Assembly (NCBI RefSeq): GCF_006345805.1
Contig: NC_043002.1
Span: 94,736,001-94,800,000, forward strand
DNA from: Octopus sinensis
Lineage: Eukaryota
Length of the DNA stretch: 64,000 bases
Direction: 5' to 3'
In this document: one piece after another, positions 13,032 to 25,755 of the stretch
Layout: each line of letters begins with the position of its first letter
Numbering within the stretch: the stretch's first letter is position 1
Position numbers and translations under genes: made by a program
The notes under the pieces: generated by a model
What the model was told of the DNA's origin: nothing
Database searches by the model: none
What the model saw: the letters and a program-made list of their open reading frames with translations, nothing else

Positions 13032-13254
13032 GTCCATCCCACCTTGATGATCAGACATTTCTTCATACCATAGGAAAAAAAGACTTGATTTATTTCTTCT
13101 AGCAGAACAGGCAGCAGAAGGTATTCTCTGGGGAAAGTCACTGATAGTAGGCTAGTATTGTGAAGCCATTATCCTTCTATCTGCTTCTATAATGCATTAG
13201 AAACTAGAGTTGACCACCAATGCTTGAATCACTGTGTTTTATTTCTCTTAACAT

Positions 13255-13531
13255 GTCATTGTGTATGTGTGTATGTGTATGTGTGTGTGTGCATGTATGC
13301 ATATTTTTGTGTGTGTGTATGTGTGTGTACATGCTTGTGTACGAGAGAGAGAGAATGTGTCAGTATGTGTGTGTGTGGGTGTGTGTGCATGCGCATGTGT
13401 TTGTGTTTGTGTGTGTGCGTGTGTGTGTGTGCATGCATGTGTGAGAAGGAGAGAATGTGTTAGTATGTGTGTGAGTATATGTGTGTAAATGTGATTGTGT
13501 GTCTATGTGTGTGGGTGTGTGTGCATGCGCA

Positions 13532-13570
<39 letters not shown>

Positions 13571-13601
13571 ATGCATGTGTACGAGAGAGAATGTGTCAGT
13601 A

Positions 13602-13634
<33 letters not shown>

Positions 13635-13643
13635 GTGTGTGTA

Positions 13644-13702
<59 letters not shown>

Positions 13703-14270
13703 ATGCATGTGTACGAGAGAGAATGTGTCAGTATGTGTGTGAGTATATGTGTGTAAATGTGATTGTGTGTCTATGTGTGTGGGTATGTGTGCATGCGCAT
13801 GTGTTTGTGTTTGTGTGTGTGTGTGTGTGTGCATGCATGTGTACGAGAGAGAATGTGTCAGTATGTGTGTGTGTGGGTGTGTGTGCATGCGCATGTATTT
13901 GTGTTTGTGTGTGTGTGTATGTGTACATGCATGTGTGTGAGAGGGAGAGAGAATGTGTTAGTCTGTGTGTGAGTATGTGTGTAAATGTGATTGTGTGTCT
14001 ATGTGTGTGGGTGTGTTTGTGTGTGAATGTGTGTGCATGCACATGTGTTTGTGTTTGTGTGTGTGTGTGTGTGTCCATGCATGTATATGTGAGAAAGAGA
14101 GTATGTGTATGTGACTGTGTGTGAACATATGTGTGTAGAGTGTGGTTGTGTGTGAGTGTATGTCTGTGTATATATGTGTGTGTGTGTATGTTTGTGTGTG
14201 TGTCTGTGTGTCTGTGTGTATGACTCTGTGTGTGTCTGTGTATGTGCATATTTGTGTGTGTTCTATGTCT
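13255..14270. repeat. (GT)n-based compound satellite with recurring higher-order blocks
   Basis: Block GCATGCATGTGTACGAGAGAGAATGTGTCAGTATGTG...AAATGTGATTGTGTGTCTATG recurs several times. Confidence 0.9.
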
Positions 14271-15814
14271 ATTTAGAATTCATTTAGAATTCACCAAGTA
14301 AAAAATATTAATTGTCCTTGTTATAATCTAAAATTTATTATAAATCTAGATTTTTTGTTTTTGCTGTTGTTGTTGTTGTTGTTGTTATACACAAAAAGAA
14401 TTTGCCTTCCAAATAATCTGAAACTTTGGAATGACAAAAATTGATTTGAAATAATAATTGCTCATAAGAATCAATGATTCTGCTCTTAATCATTGCAACA
14501 GCAGCGGATAAGTCCAAGACTGTGAGGTCCATTAAAGTATTAAACATACTCTTCAGAGAGAATCTATTATTCATTCAGGCACATTTAAGCAGATTGGGAA
14601 TAATTCCAATATTAGCAAAGCTCTTCAGATAATATCTGTATATGAATGAAAATTCAGCTTCATTCTAAAGATTTTCAAGCTAAAACATAAACCTCTGTTT
14701 AAGTTACACTTCATTTCATTTTACCTTTTAATATTTCCTCACTTTCTCATGCACACTTTTTATAGCTTACAAAACAGCTTTCTTCTAGAATTTTCAGCAG
14801 AACATTTGCATGTTATCAATTGGAATATATTCTTTTTATCTTCATAAAGAAATATGACAATCTTCAAATGAATATAGCCGCTGCTGAAAGGAATTTTTTC
14901 TTACTTCTTGAATGGGAAGAAACAACCATCTCTTCATTTTTAGATTTCTGTTATGTTGCCAATAGTTGCCTTAATGTTAGATAAAAATATATATGGGAAG
15001 TCGATGTTTATGTACACAAATGAGTATAACTGCATGTGTTTGTGCTAATGTTGGTTAGACCCAGGGAATCCTTGAAAGAGCAAAGCTATGATCAAAGACA
15101 TTCCACTTTTTGTTACCTTGCCATATTTTTTTATCAGGCATTTTGCATCTAGGACTACATTATCCAATGTGTATAGCAGGGTATGATATGAGGTAAATAA
15201 GGTTGTTGTTTCAAGTAGATAAAGCAATCAAGTAAAGAATACTTTGTTGGCTAGTGTTGTTGTTGATAGTCCAAACTTGATTGAGTAAAACTATGATCAA
15301 AAGTGTTCCAACCGTGACCATTCCACTTTTATTCAAACAATATGCACCCAGAAACACATTATTCAAAACAGTAGGGTGTGATATGACAGGGATTTGGTTA
15401 CTATTTCCAACAAGTCAAGAAGCTGCATGCAGATGTCTTAAGAGTGGTAAATTAAGGCATTGATAGAATAATGGACAAAATATCTTTCCTTTATGTTTGG
15501 GGTTAAAATTCTTCCGGTCAACTTTGCTTCCCATCATTAAAAATAGTACTAGTAACATATTGGGAGTTCAACTTGATCATCCATGCACCTTTACTTAAAA
15601 GAAATCAGGATCTCGAATGAAAGTAAGAAATGAATATGTAGATGGATTTTACAAACCTCCTTCTTTTTCAAATTTGACACAGATCTTGTTGATTATATCT
15701 CCTTCTTGAGTTGATTTGTGAATCAGAGTGAAATGTAAGATGTTATGAAACTAGTGATGACACTATGCACTGGCCATTATTGAGTCTAAACAATTTCAAA
15801 ATTGAATTGATCAG

Positions 15815-16165
15815 GGCTATTATAGGCCCCTGGTCAAATCATGTTCTGAGCCCCATGGTATATATTTCTTGACAGCAAGCCACAGTATACATAGATTAGA
15901 AATGGGAACCCAAGATCAAAGAGGCCCCAAGGCCAAAGAAGCCCCAGATAAATCATTACTCTGGCCCCTATGTTATATACTTATTGACAGCATGCCTTAA
16001 CATACATAGATCGAAATCAGACCCCCAAGGCCAAAAAGGCCCCTGGCAACTCAATATACTGGACCCTGTGATATATATTTCTTGATAGTAAGCTCCAATA
16101 TACATAGATCAGAACTGGGCCTCAAGATCCATGAGGCCCCTGGGCAACTATTCAGTATGCCTATG
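15815..16165. repeat. Degenerate ~110-bp tandem repeat rich in GGCCCC motifs (about 3 units), probably a DNA-transposon remnant
   Basis: TATATATTTCTTGACAG...ATACATAGAT...CCAAGG...GGCCCC recurs three times. Confidence 0.6.
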
Positions 16166-16565
16166 CTTTAAGGCAGTCTTGGATTTGATGAAACTAATGA
16201 TGATGGTCTGTGTTAATAATTATTAGTTTCAAATTTTGGTACAAGGCCAGCAATTTGGGGGTAGAGGGAGTGGCCAAGTCAATTAAATTGACTCCAGTGC
16301 TTAACTGTTACTTATTTTATTGACCCCGAAAGGATGAATGGCAAAATCAACCTCAGTGGAATTTGAACTCAGAACATAGAGAAGGATGGAATGCCACTAA
16401 ATGTCTTACCCAGTGTGCTAACAATTCTGTCAGCCTTCCAATTTGTCTGCCTTAATAATTGTCAAATAGAAAACTGCTTTAAGGGTGGATCTAGTGAAAC
16501 TTATAATGATGATCTATGTCAGCAACCAGTGTGTATAAACAGTTTAAAAATACATCTGAAGAAAC

Positions 16566-16917
16566 TAGTGATATTACTTGCATTGTAGCTAGAATGCAGG
16601 TATGGCTGTGTTGTTAAGGAGTTCCTTTGAGATTAATGTGGTTTGGTCATAAGTCTGCTCAGATCATAAGTTACATCTTAAATCTGGGATGGTCAAGGCT
16701 GGAACACCTTTGTTCGTAAGTTTGCTCAAGCGTCTCTTAATTAGTGATATTACTTGCATTGTAGCTAGAATGCAGGTATGGCTGTGTTGTTAAGGAGTTC
16801 ATTTGAGATTAATGTGGGTTGGTCATAAGTCTGCTCAGATCATAAGTTACATCTTAAATCTGGGATGGGCAAGGCTGGAACACCTTTGATTGTAACTTTG
16901 CTCAAGTGTCTCTTAAT
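16566..16917. repeat. Near-identical 176-bp tandem duplication containing the 67-bp GATCATAAGT unit
   Basis: 16566-16741 versus 16742-16917. Confidence 0.9.
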
Positions 16918-17548
16918 TATAGCAATGAGTCAACCAAAGCTCTGTGAGTGGAAATTGCTAGACAGAAAGTGTGTGAAGTCCATAGGAAAGACCATTAAAA
17001 AAGTGTAAAGCAAAGTTACTTTTTTGAGTCATTCCAACTCGTAAGGGCTGGTTTTATGGTTTCATAGTGTATATATTCCCCACTTGGATGGGGCACCATT
17101 CTGTGATAGGATTACTCATGTTTGTCAGCCAGTCCAGGAATTGAAAGCACAATCGTATGATCATGAGTCCAACATCTGAACCACTAAGCCATGTGCCTCC
17201 ATTAGGAAAGATCATTCCTGATCTTTGTATTGCAGACTTAATTTTTGCTCAGTTAACACCAACAAAAGACCCTCAGATGTTTACAGTATAGTCATCTATT
17301 GTAAGCATTCGGGAGAAGTCTCCAGTTTGAAGAGAACTCTCTCTTTCCTATCCTTTCACAAGTCACACACAGATGGCTTGAAAACAAGGTCATAGGTGCT
17401 ATTTAAAACAATGTGTGTGTGTGTGTGTGTGCGCGTGTGTGTGTGTGTGTGTGTGTTTGTGTGTGTGTGTGCATGCAGGTATGCACATGTGCATGTGTGT
17501 GTGTGTACATGTGCATGAGAAAAAGTGCATGTGAGTATACTCTTTTTA

Positions 17549-17940
17549 TCTCTTTTACTTGTTTCAGTCATTTGACTGTGGCCATGCTGGAGCACCGCCT
17601 TTAGTTGAGCAAATAAACCCCAGGACTTATTCTTTGTAAGCCTAGTACTTATTCTATCGGTCTCTTTTGCTGAACCGCTAAGTTACGGGGACATAAGCAC
17701 ACCACCATCAGTTGCCAAGCGATGTTGGGGGGGACAAACACAAACACACAAACATACACACACATACATATATATACATATATACGACGGGCTTCTTTCA
17801 GTTTCCGTCTACCAAATCCACTCACAAGGCTTTGGTCAGCCCGAGGCCATAGTAGAAGACACTTGCCCAAGGTGCCACGCAGTGGGACTGTACCCGGAAC
17901 CATGTGGTTCGTAAGCAAGCTACTTACCACACAGCCACTC
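17549..17940 (-). mobile_element. tRNA-headed SINE family 1 (~400 bp, internal CA/TA microsatellite)
   Basis: Minus strand GAGTGGCTGTGTGGTAAGTAGCTTGC head, CACCTTGGGCAAGTGTC core-like motif, (AAAGAGT)-type tail; at least 5 full copies in the window. Confidence 0.85.
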
Positions 17941-18315
17941 ACCAGTGAAAGATGCAAACATTGATGATAAAACAGAGAAGCCCGTGGTTTCAGTGAGTGG
18001 CAGACTGGAATTTTATAAGTAACACTGCTGTTGTTCACCAGTTGTGATGATATATAATAAGTCACTCTGTCTCATACACTTGCATTCCTACCCACCCTGC
18101 CTTCATTGACCAAGGACCAACAACACAATAATGATGATGATGATGATAATAACTATAATCATATTGAACAAGATGAGGGAAATTTACACAGTTATTTGAG
18201 TAGCTAGAAATAGCAGTCAAGCGTCCCTAAAGTCCTTAATTTATGACGAATATATTGAACTATATTCCCTGGTATTCAAACAAAAATATGGAGTAATTAA
18301 AAGTGGAATATTTTT

Positions 18316-18700
18316 GATCATAAGTCTGCTCAGATTATAAGTTATATCTTAAACCTGGAATGGTCACAGCTGGAACACCTTTGATCATAAGTTTGCTCAG
18401 ATCATAAATTTTATCATTAGTCTGTGATGGTCACAACTGGAACACTGTTGGTCATAAGTCTGCTCTGATCATAAGTTCCATCTTAAATCTGGGATGGTCA
18501 AGGCTGGAACACCTTTGGTCATAAGTTAGCCCAGATCATAAGTTTCATCATTAGTCTGGGATGGTCACAGCTGGGACACCTATTGTCATAAGGTTGGTCA
18601 GATCACATATGTTTTGTCATAAATCTTGGATGGTCTTAGCTGGAATGCCTCTCAGCATAAGCCTGCTCACACTTTTGATCATAAGTTTGCTCAAAGAGAA
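18316..18700. repeat. 67-bp tandem array with alternating A/B subunits
   Basis: GATCATAAGT units start at 18316, 18383, etc.; ATCTTAAA and ATCATTAG variants alternate. Confidence 0.85.
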
Positions 18701-19164
18701 TTGACCTTGGGCTAAACAACAATAAAAGCATATACTGATAGCTGTGTTTGTTGTTGTTGTTATTGTTGTTGTTGTTGCTGCTGTTTATGAACATCATACT
18801 GAAGTTGCGTGGATGCTATGACCTTCATTTGTAGTGCTTAATTTCTTGGTTCAAATCATTTCATTTTCAATTCATCAAAAATGACACATTAGTTGTCTGT
18901 ATAAATATATATTCGACATAACAGCATCTTTCCTGCGTGACATATTCACGTTAATGCTTCACTCTGTTCTCTATTGAAGCTATTAATCTTGCCACCATGA
19001 CAAGTTAATATTCATACCTGTTGCTAAAGGAATATATATTAATCTTCTCACATTGTGGAATTTTAAAGAATGATAAAGGATGATTAAATGAATGAGAATA
19101 CTGTTTATAAAATTGCACCAGATTAATAGTATATTAATACTCTGTCTTTTATTGATATGGTGTA

Positions 19165-19166
19165 TG

Positions 19167-19230
<64 letters not shown>

Positions 19231-19376
19231 CATATATATATATATATATCTATATATATATATATATATATAATATATATATACATATATATACATATAC
19301 CCATATATATATATATATATATATATATATCTGTATATATATATATATATACATATATATGTGCATATATATAATA

Positions 19377-19460
<84 letters not shown>

Positions 19461-19520
19461 ATATATATATATATATATACACATACATACATATATATGT
19501 ATATATATATATATATATAT

Positions 19521-19580
<60 letters not shown>
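19165..19580. repeat. (ATCT)n followed by a long (TA)n microsatellite
   Basis: Directly visible. Confidence 0.95.
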
Positions 19581-19584
<4 letters not shown>

Positions 19585-20106
19585 AGAAGGAGAGGTTAGT
19601 AATGGGAAAACTATCACAGATTTTAGTTATATTCTGTCTTACATTGTTCGTATGTTCGGTTACAATGGAAGTAAAGGTCATTAAGTGTGTATGTATGTGT
19701 CAGTGTGTGACAGTGTGCGTATGTCTTCATATGTGCATATCTGTGTACGTGAGTATATGTGAACATGTGTGTGTACCCGTCTGTTTGTCTGTGTGCATGT
19801 GCGTGCGTGTGTACATGTATGTATGTCTGTTTGTGTGTGTGTGTGCATGTGTGTATGCAAGCAAGTTCCAGTTTTGTGTGCATGTGTGTGTTTGTGTGAA
19901 TGTGTGTATGTGTGATTTTTTGTGTGTGTGTGTGTAAGTGTGTGTGCAAGCAAGTTTCAGTACTGAATACATGCATGCATGTGTGTGTGTATGTGTGTTG
20001 GTGGGTGGGGGGTGTACGTGTGTGTGTTGGGATGGGGGTGTGCGTGTGTGTATGGGGAGTGCATGTGTGTGTGCATGCAAGTTTCAGTGTTGTATGCATG
20101 TACACA

Positions 20107-20148
<42 letters not shown>

Positions 20149-20576
20149 CATGCACTATCAGTGTTTTGTGTGTGTATGTGTGTTTACCATTCTGTTTGTA
20201 TGTATTCTGTGTGTGTGTGCATGTGTGAGTGTATGTGTGTGCATGCATATGTGTGTGGGCACCTGTGTATGTGCGTGTGTCTGTCTGTCTTTGTGTGACT
20301 ATGTCTATCTGTGTGTGTATATGTGTAGTATGTATGTGTATACAAGTTTGTACTACATGTGTATGAGAGTATGTGTTATATGTGTATGGGTTATATGTGA
20401 AACATAAGTGCTGAGTGTAATGTATAGAAATCTCATGCCATGATAGTTGTAATGTGTAGCAACCACAAATAATTTGAGATGTAATGTGAACAAATTTCTC
20501 ATAATGTTTGATATAAGCATAGAAATCTTCAGTAGTGCTAGATATAATGCATACAAATCTCACATAAAGCTAAGTA

Positions 20577-21350
20577 TCATCATCATCATCATCGGGATCT
20601 TTTCAGTTTGAATGGCAGTTTTTAACATAATTTCTAGGTAACTAAAAAATTTTAAACTTCATATACTGGTAGAATGTGTTTATAAAATATCTTTTTCTCA
20701 TGGCTTTATTGAGAAAATTCTATAGTTTGTAAGATATTTGTTGTTTTTTTTCTTCAATTTCTGCAATTTCAACCGATCACTGACGTCTATTGAGGTAAAA
20801 AACATTCTGTGCCGTATGAATATGTCCCTCGTTTAAGAAACAGATTGGGTTTATTTACATTTGTGAAGAAAAAAAGATACCCTTCCTCCCACCCCTAACC
20901 CTAACTAACCCTAACCCTAAAACAGATTGAAATGCAATAGATCGATACTAGGGTCATAATTATGGGTGACAATTTCATATGACACCACTAGAAAAAACTG
21001 CCATTCAAACCGAAAAGATTCCATCATCGTTTAACGTCTGCTTTCCATGCTAGCATGCGTTGGACGATTTTTACTGAGGGCTGGCGAACCAGATGGCTGC
21101 ACCAGGCTCCAATCTTGATCTGGCAGAGTTTCTACAGCTGGATGCCAACTACTCTGAGAGTGTAGTGGGTGCTTTTTACATGCCACTGGCATGGGGGCCA
21201 GTCAGGCGGTACTGGCAATGACCTCACTCGAATCTTTTTACACATGCCACCGGCACAGGTGCCAGTAAGGCGACTTTGGTAACAATCACGCTTGAATGGT
21301 GCCCTTTTACGTGCCACAGGCACGGAAGCCAGTTAGCCGCTCTGGCAATG
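20577..21350 (-). mobile_element. RTE 3' UTR fragment whose (GAT)n tail hosts a MITE
   Basis: The (CAT)n run is interrupted by 20594-21022 and resumes as CATCATCGTTTAACGTC. Confidence 0.8.
20594..21022 (-). mobile_element. GGGATC-ended TTAGGG MITE, copy 3
   Basis: TIRs present; 6-bp TSD ATCATC. Confidence 0.9.
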
Positions 21351-21649
21351 ATCAGAAATCTTATGCAGTTATATGTATAAACTGCAGAAATCTCACATAG
21401 TGCCAGGTATAAATATATGTTGAAATGTTGCATAGTGCTAGGACAATGTGCAGAAATCTCTCATTGTATTGGTATAGTGTGTAGGAATCTCAGAGTGCTG
21501 GGTATAACATGTCAAAATCTAAGATAATGCAAGATATAATTCATAGATACCTCATATAGTGCTAGGCATACACATGGAAATTTTACATTAAAAGAAGAAA
21601 ACCTATCACAATAAGTGAAATCATAGTCATGACAGATACTGGCATCACA

Positions 21650-21845
21650 CAACTGGCACTCATGCCAGTGGTATGCAAAATGCATCCATTACACTCTCAG
21701 AGTGGTTGGCATTAGGAAGGGCATCCAGCCATAGAAAAACCATGCCAAATTGGACTGAAGTCTGGTGCAGGATCTCGGCTTGCCAGCCCTGATCAAACTG
21801 TCCAACCCATGCCAGCATGGACAACAGATGTTAAATGATGATGAT
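21650..21845 (+). mobile_element. RTE 3' UTR fragment with (GAT)n tail
   Basis: GGCATTAGGAAGGGCATCCAGCC...CCAACCCATGCCAGCATGG...TTAAATGATGATG. Confidence 0.7.
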
Positions 21846-22087
21846 GTTAAATGATGATGATGATGATGATTGATGATGATGAGGATGATGAGGAGGAGGA
21901 GAAGGAGGAGAGCAATGATGAAGAAGATGATGATGAGGAGGAGGAGGAGGATAATAAGGATGATGATGAGGATGATAATGATGATGATGATGATGATGAT
22001 GATGATGGCAATGATGATGATGAGGAGGAGGAGGATAACGATGAGGGTGATGATGAGGATAATGATGAGGATAATGATGATGATGAA
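21846..22087. repeat. (GAT/GAG)n array extending from the RTE tail
   Basis: Directly visible. Confidence 0.9.
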
Positions 22088-22364
22088 ATGTTATATACAA
22101 CATTTAGAAATATCACATAGCACAAGGTATAATGCATAGAATTTCATGCAGTGCTTGGAATAATGTATAAAAATCTCACAGTGATTTGACGTAATGTATA
22201 GAAACCTCACATAGAGCTATCTCATAAAGTGCTAAGTGAAAGGTGTAGAAATTTCATGTGTTGTGAGATATAATGTGTAGAAATCTTCCAGAGTGTTAAG
22301 CATAATGTGTTAAAAGACAAGTAGAATAAGAGTTGCAGAGTAAAGAGTTTTTGTTTGTTCCTTC

Positions 22365-22620
22365 TCAAGCCATGCCTGGCTCATAAGGGCTGGTTTCCCA
22401 GTTTCTTGGCGTATAGGTCTGTCGCAAGATGCAAGAGGAAAGAGTGAGAGAAAGTTATGGTGAAAGAGTCAGCAGAAATTTCGCCATTACCTTTTGCCAG
22501 AGCCGCGTGGAACTTAGGTGTTTTCGCTCATAAACACACACATCACCCGGTCTGAGATTCAAACTCACGATCCCTCGACCGCGAGTCAGCTGCTCTAACC
22601 ACTAGGCCATGTGCCTCCAC
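22365..22620 (-). mobile_element. tRNA(Arg)-like-headed SINE (family 2 variant)
   Basis: Reverse complement of the GGAGGCACATGGCCTAGTGGTTAGAGCAGC head; homologous to 60563-60850 and 34263-34510. Confidence 0.75.
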
Positions 22621-22812
22621 TAGAGTACAGAGTGATAGTTGAAGAATAAGAACAGGGCAGACATAAGGTATCCCATGGTATAAGCCTTCTTCTCCAGATT
22701 ATGTAAATGAGCTCTTCCTGCCAGCATCCTTTTTACATCAGATGAAAACATTTCAGAAGGAAACTAGTTTGTGAACAAAAATATCTATAGTTATATGGAA
22801 AACGGACGCTAA

Positions 22813-22850
<38 letters not shown>

Positions 22851-23469
22851 ATGTTTATGCTTATTAATGGAATACTGGGTAAAACATGAAATCTTATCAC
22901 CTACCCATGTCTACCATCCTTCCTAGTTTCAAGTGTGACCTCACCTGTCCTCTAAAATTTCTAAATTTTCATGTTTTTAATTAGATTTTTTTAAAAAATT
23001 GTGTAAGCTACTTGTGGTGCCCTTAATTTTAGTATCCCAGGCAATTACCTAGTTTATCTAGTGCATATAGCACCAGCTCCATTTAGGAATGCTCAAAGCA
23101 GTTAATTTAGAAGAGCAAAGCTGTTGTGCATGAAAATAGGAGAAAATAAACTTTGTGGACTCTCTGTGATAATAGGCAATTATTGTTGTTTTTGTTGTTG
23201 TCGTTGTTGCTGCTGCTGTTGTCTTCTTCTTCTTCTTCTTCTTCTTCTTCTTCTTCTTCCAATCAGGACTCACGCCATTAGCCACAAAGAATACTCTCTT
23301 ATTCAAGCCTAATCTAAGCTACTAAGAATGCATGTGGCAACTTGAAGATTCACCCACCACATGCGATAGACTGGCGATTGCACGGGCGTGAAAGCTATGT
23401 CGTTATCCTCATTCCGTAAATGGTGGCTTTCAATGGGTGGGGTGCTGAACCATCCTGGGGTACAAAGGA

Positions 23470-23745
23470 TTCGCAATCTAAGTTTACCACTAAGGTCTGA
23501 AAGTTTACCACACCATAGTGGGTTATACCACAGTTCCTCTGCTTTCTTGCAGAAGTAGGAAAAAAGAGTGAAAGAAAATTGTGGTGAAAGAGTATAGAGG
23601 GGGTTCAGTACCCCTCCTCGCTGGAGCCTCATGGAGCTTAGGTGTTTTTGCTCAATAAACACTCACAATGCCTGGTCTGGGAATCGAAACCGTGCTCATA
23701 CAACCTCGGTCCGCTGCCCTAACCACTGGGCCATTGCGCATCCAC
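23470..23745 (-). mobile_element. tRNA(Arg)-like-headed SINE (family 2)
   Basis: Homologous to 52109-52300. Confidence 0.7.
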
Positions 23746-24185
23746 GCTGCTGTTGTTGCCATCATTATGACCACTGCTGCTGCTGTTGTTGTCATCAATG
23801 CTGCTGCTACTGTTGTTGTTGTAGTTGTAGTTGTCATCGTTGCTACAGTTGTTATTGTTGTTGTTGCTGTTTAGACTCCACCTTAATTCTAACTGCAAAA
23901 AAAATAAAACTATGATCAACATGTCCAGTCATAATAATTCCATGATTTTCTCAAGTATTGTGTGTCTAAAACTATATTGTCCACAGTGCCCATTCCTTCT
24001 CAATACATTAGTATGTAATTTCACAGAGATATACCTTCTGTTTCTAGGAAGGTAAAACAACCATGTATCCTCAAATACCCCTCACACCCTGTAGATGTCT
24101 TACACTCTCTATATCCCCTCTCATGTGTGTCTATTGATTCTGGTTGTGGAAAGTTGACTCTGTCAGAGTGTAACAGTTTTCTCTT

Positions 24186-24228
<43 letters not shown>

Positions 24229-24254
24229 CATATTGCAACTGGTGTGCATCTTAA

Positions 24255-24480
24255 CCCTTTAGCATTCAGATTTCTTTGTCAAATGTAAAAGTTATTTATT
24301 AACATTATTTTGGATTAATCACACATTATATTGTAGCTTCAAGATTTTAATGGCATGTTTGTATTAATATATTTTTAGAATGACATTGTAGGATAAGTGT
24401 GAGAGGTTGGATCTGGTCATTTTTAACATAAACCTGGTAGAATATTTGGGCCGGATATGGCTGGATTAAATGCTAAAAGG
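24255..24480. mobile_element. piggyBac-type MITE, family B
   Basis: TTAA|CCCTTTAGCATT...TGCTAAAAGG|TTAA; reverse copy at 49152-49370; degenerate copies near 27625, 30353 and 34081. Confidence 0.75.
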
Positions 24481-24559
24481 TTAAGGTGACAAATTGGCAC
24501 GCTCCTTAGATTATCAGATTCAATGCTTTGTAGTATTCTAACTCTCTCTCTCTCTCTCT

Positions 24560-24769
24560 CTCTTTCTCTTTATTCTTTTACTTGTTTCAGTCATTTGACT
24601 GTGGCCATGCTGGAGCACCACCTTTAGTTGAGCAAATCGACCCCAGGACTTATTCTTTGTAAGCCTAGTACTTATTCTATCAGTCTCTTTTGCTGAACCG
24701 CTAGTTACAGGGACGTGAACACACCAGCATTGGTTGTCAAGCGATGTTGGGGGGGACAGATACAAACAT

Positions 24770-24812
<43 letters not shown>

Positions 24813-24970
24813 CGACAGGCTTCTTTCAGTTTCTGTCTACTAAATCCACTCACAAGGCTTTGGTCTGCCCAAGGCTATAGTAAAAGACACTTGCCCAAGG
24901 TGCCTCGCAGTGGGACCAAACCCGGAACCATGTGGTTGGTAAGCAAGCTACTTACCACACAGCCACTCCT
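24560..24970 (-). mobile_element. SINE family 1
   Basis: Homologous to 17549-17940. Confidence 0.85.
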
Positions 24971-25209
24971 GCGTCTCTGTTCAAATTTTGCATTACATTC
25001 TCTAGTAGTTTGATAAATAAAGTTAGAATTCCATTGTAGTAGATAAGTGGAATTATTAGAGCATTAGATGGAATTGTCTGGTGTTATTTGTTTTAACAAC
25101 AATGTTGCCTTTCCCTTGGAGGAATATTGTTGGCAGAAAGAGGAGGGACTGACATGCAAGGGCAACTGCTAGGCTTCAATAAAGAAAACAAAGAAAACAT
25201 TGGGTATGG

Positions 25210-25684
25210 CAATAGGCTGTATAGTTAAGTAGCTTACTTAGCAGTTACATGGTTTCATATTCAGTCCCACTGTGCAGCCCTTTGGACAGTATCTTCTATT
25301 ATAGCTCCTGGTCAATCAATGCCTTGTGAGGCGAAAGCCCATCATATATACATTCAGGGTGTAGTCCCACTGTGTAGCACCTCGGGCAAGTAACTTCTAA
25401 TACAGCCCCGGGCCAATCACAGTTTTGTAAGTAAATTTGGTAGACGGAAACTGGAAGAAGTCTGTCGTGTGTGTGTGTGTGTGTGTGTGTGTCTGTGTTT
25501 GTTCCTGCACAATCACATGACAACCAATGTTGGTGTGTTTATGTTTTCATAACTTAGCAGTTCAGCAAATGAAATCAATAAAATAAGTACTGGACTTACA
25601 AAGAATAAGTTCTGGGATCACTTCTAAAAAATCCTTAAAGGTAGTGCCTCCAGCATGGCCACTGTTAAATGATTGAAACAAGGA

Positions 25685-25690
<6 letters not shown>
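25210..25690 (+). mobile_element. Degenerate SINE family 1 with a duplicated head region
   Basis: TAAGTAGCTTACTT...CAGTCCCACTG occurs twice, followed by TTTGGTAGACGGAAACTG and the body. Confidence 0.6.

Positions 25691-25754
<64 letters not shown>

Positions 25755-25755
<1 letters not shown>

Larger units (their letters stand above)
11983..13050 (+). mobile_element. 5' fragment of a second mariner (Hsmar1/cecropia-like N-terminus) with nested SINE and MITE
   Basis: After removing the insertions: YLHEFKLGHNPSQTAANIK..AWCERSTSDWTVQQWLEKYHSGDESLDGQECRGCP, matching the mariner HTH region and GDESLED..GRP motif. Frameshifted. Confidence 0.75.
20385..22320. repeat. Old ~32-bp minisatellite (ATAGTGCTAGGTATAATGTGTAGAAATCTCAC-like), split by later insertions
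   Basis: Units are visible at 20385-20575, 21350-21590 and 22090-22320. Confidence 0.7.

Noticed and set aside
14338-14635. Exon-like minus-strand frame with one in-frame TGA (selenocysteine or A-to-I stop recoding idea); similar case at about 48380-48530
   Set aside because: No recognisable homology, no SECIS, weak splice sites; the pattern is expected by chance in AT-rich DNA.
18316-18700. Regularly spaced repeats resembling a CRISPR array
   Set aside because: The units are contiguous tandem repeats without unique spacers, the context is eukaryotic, and there are no cas genes.
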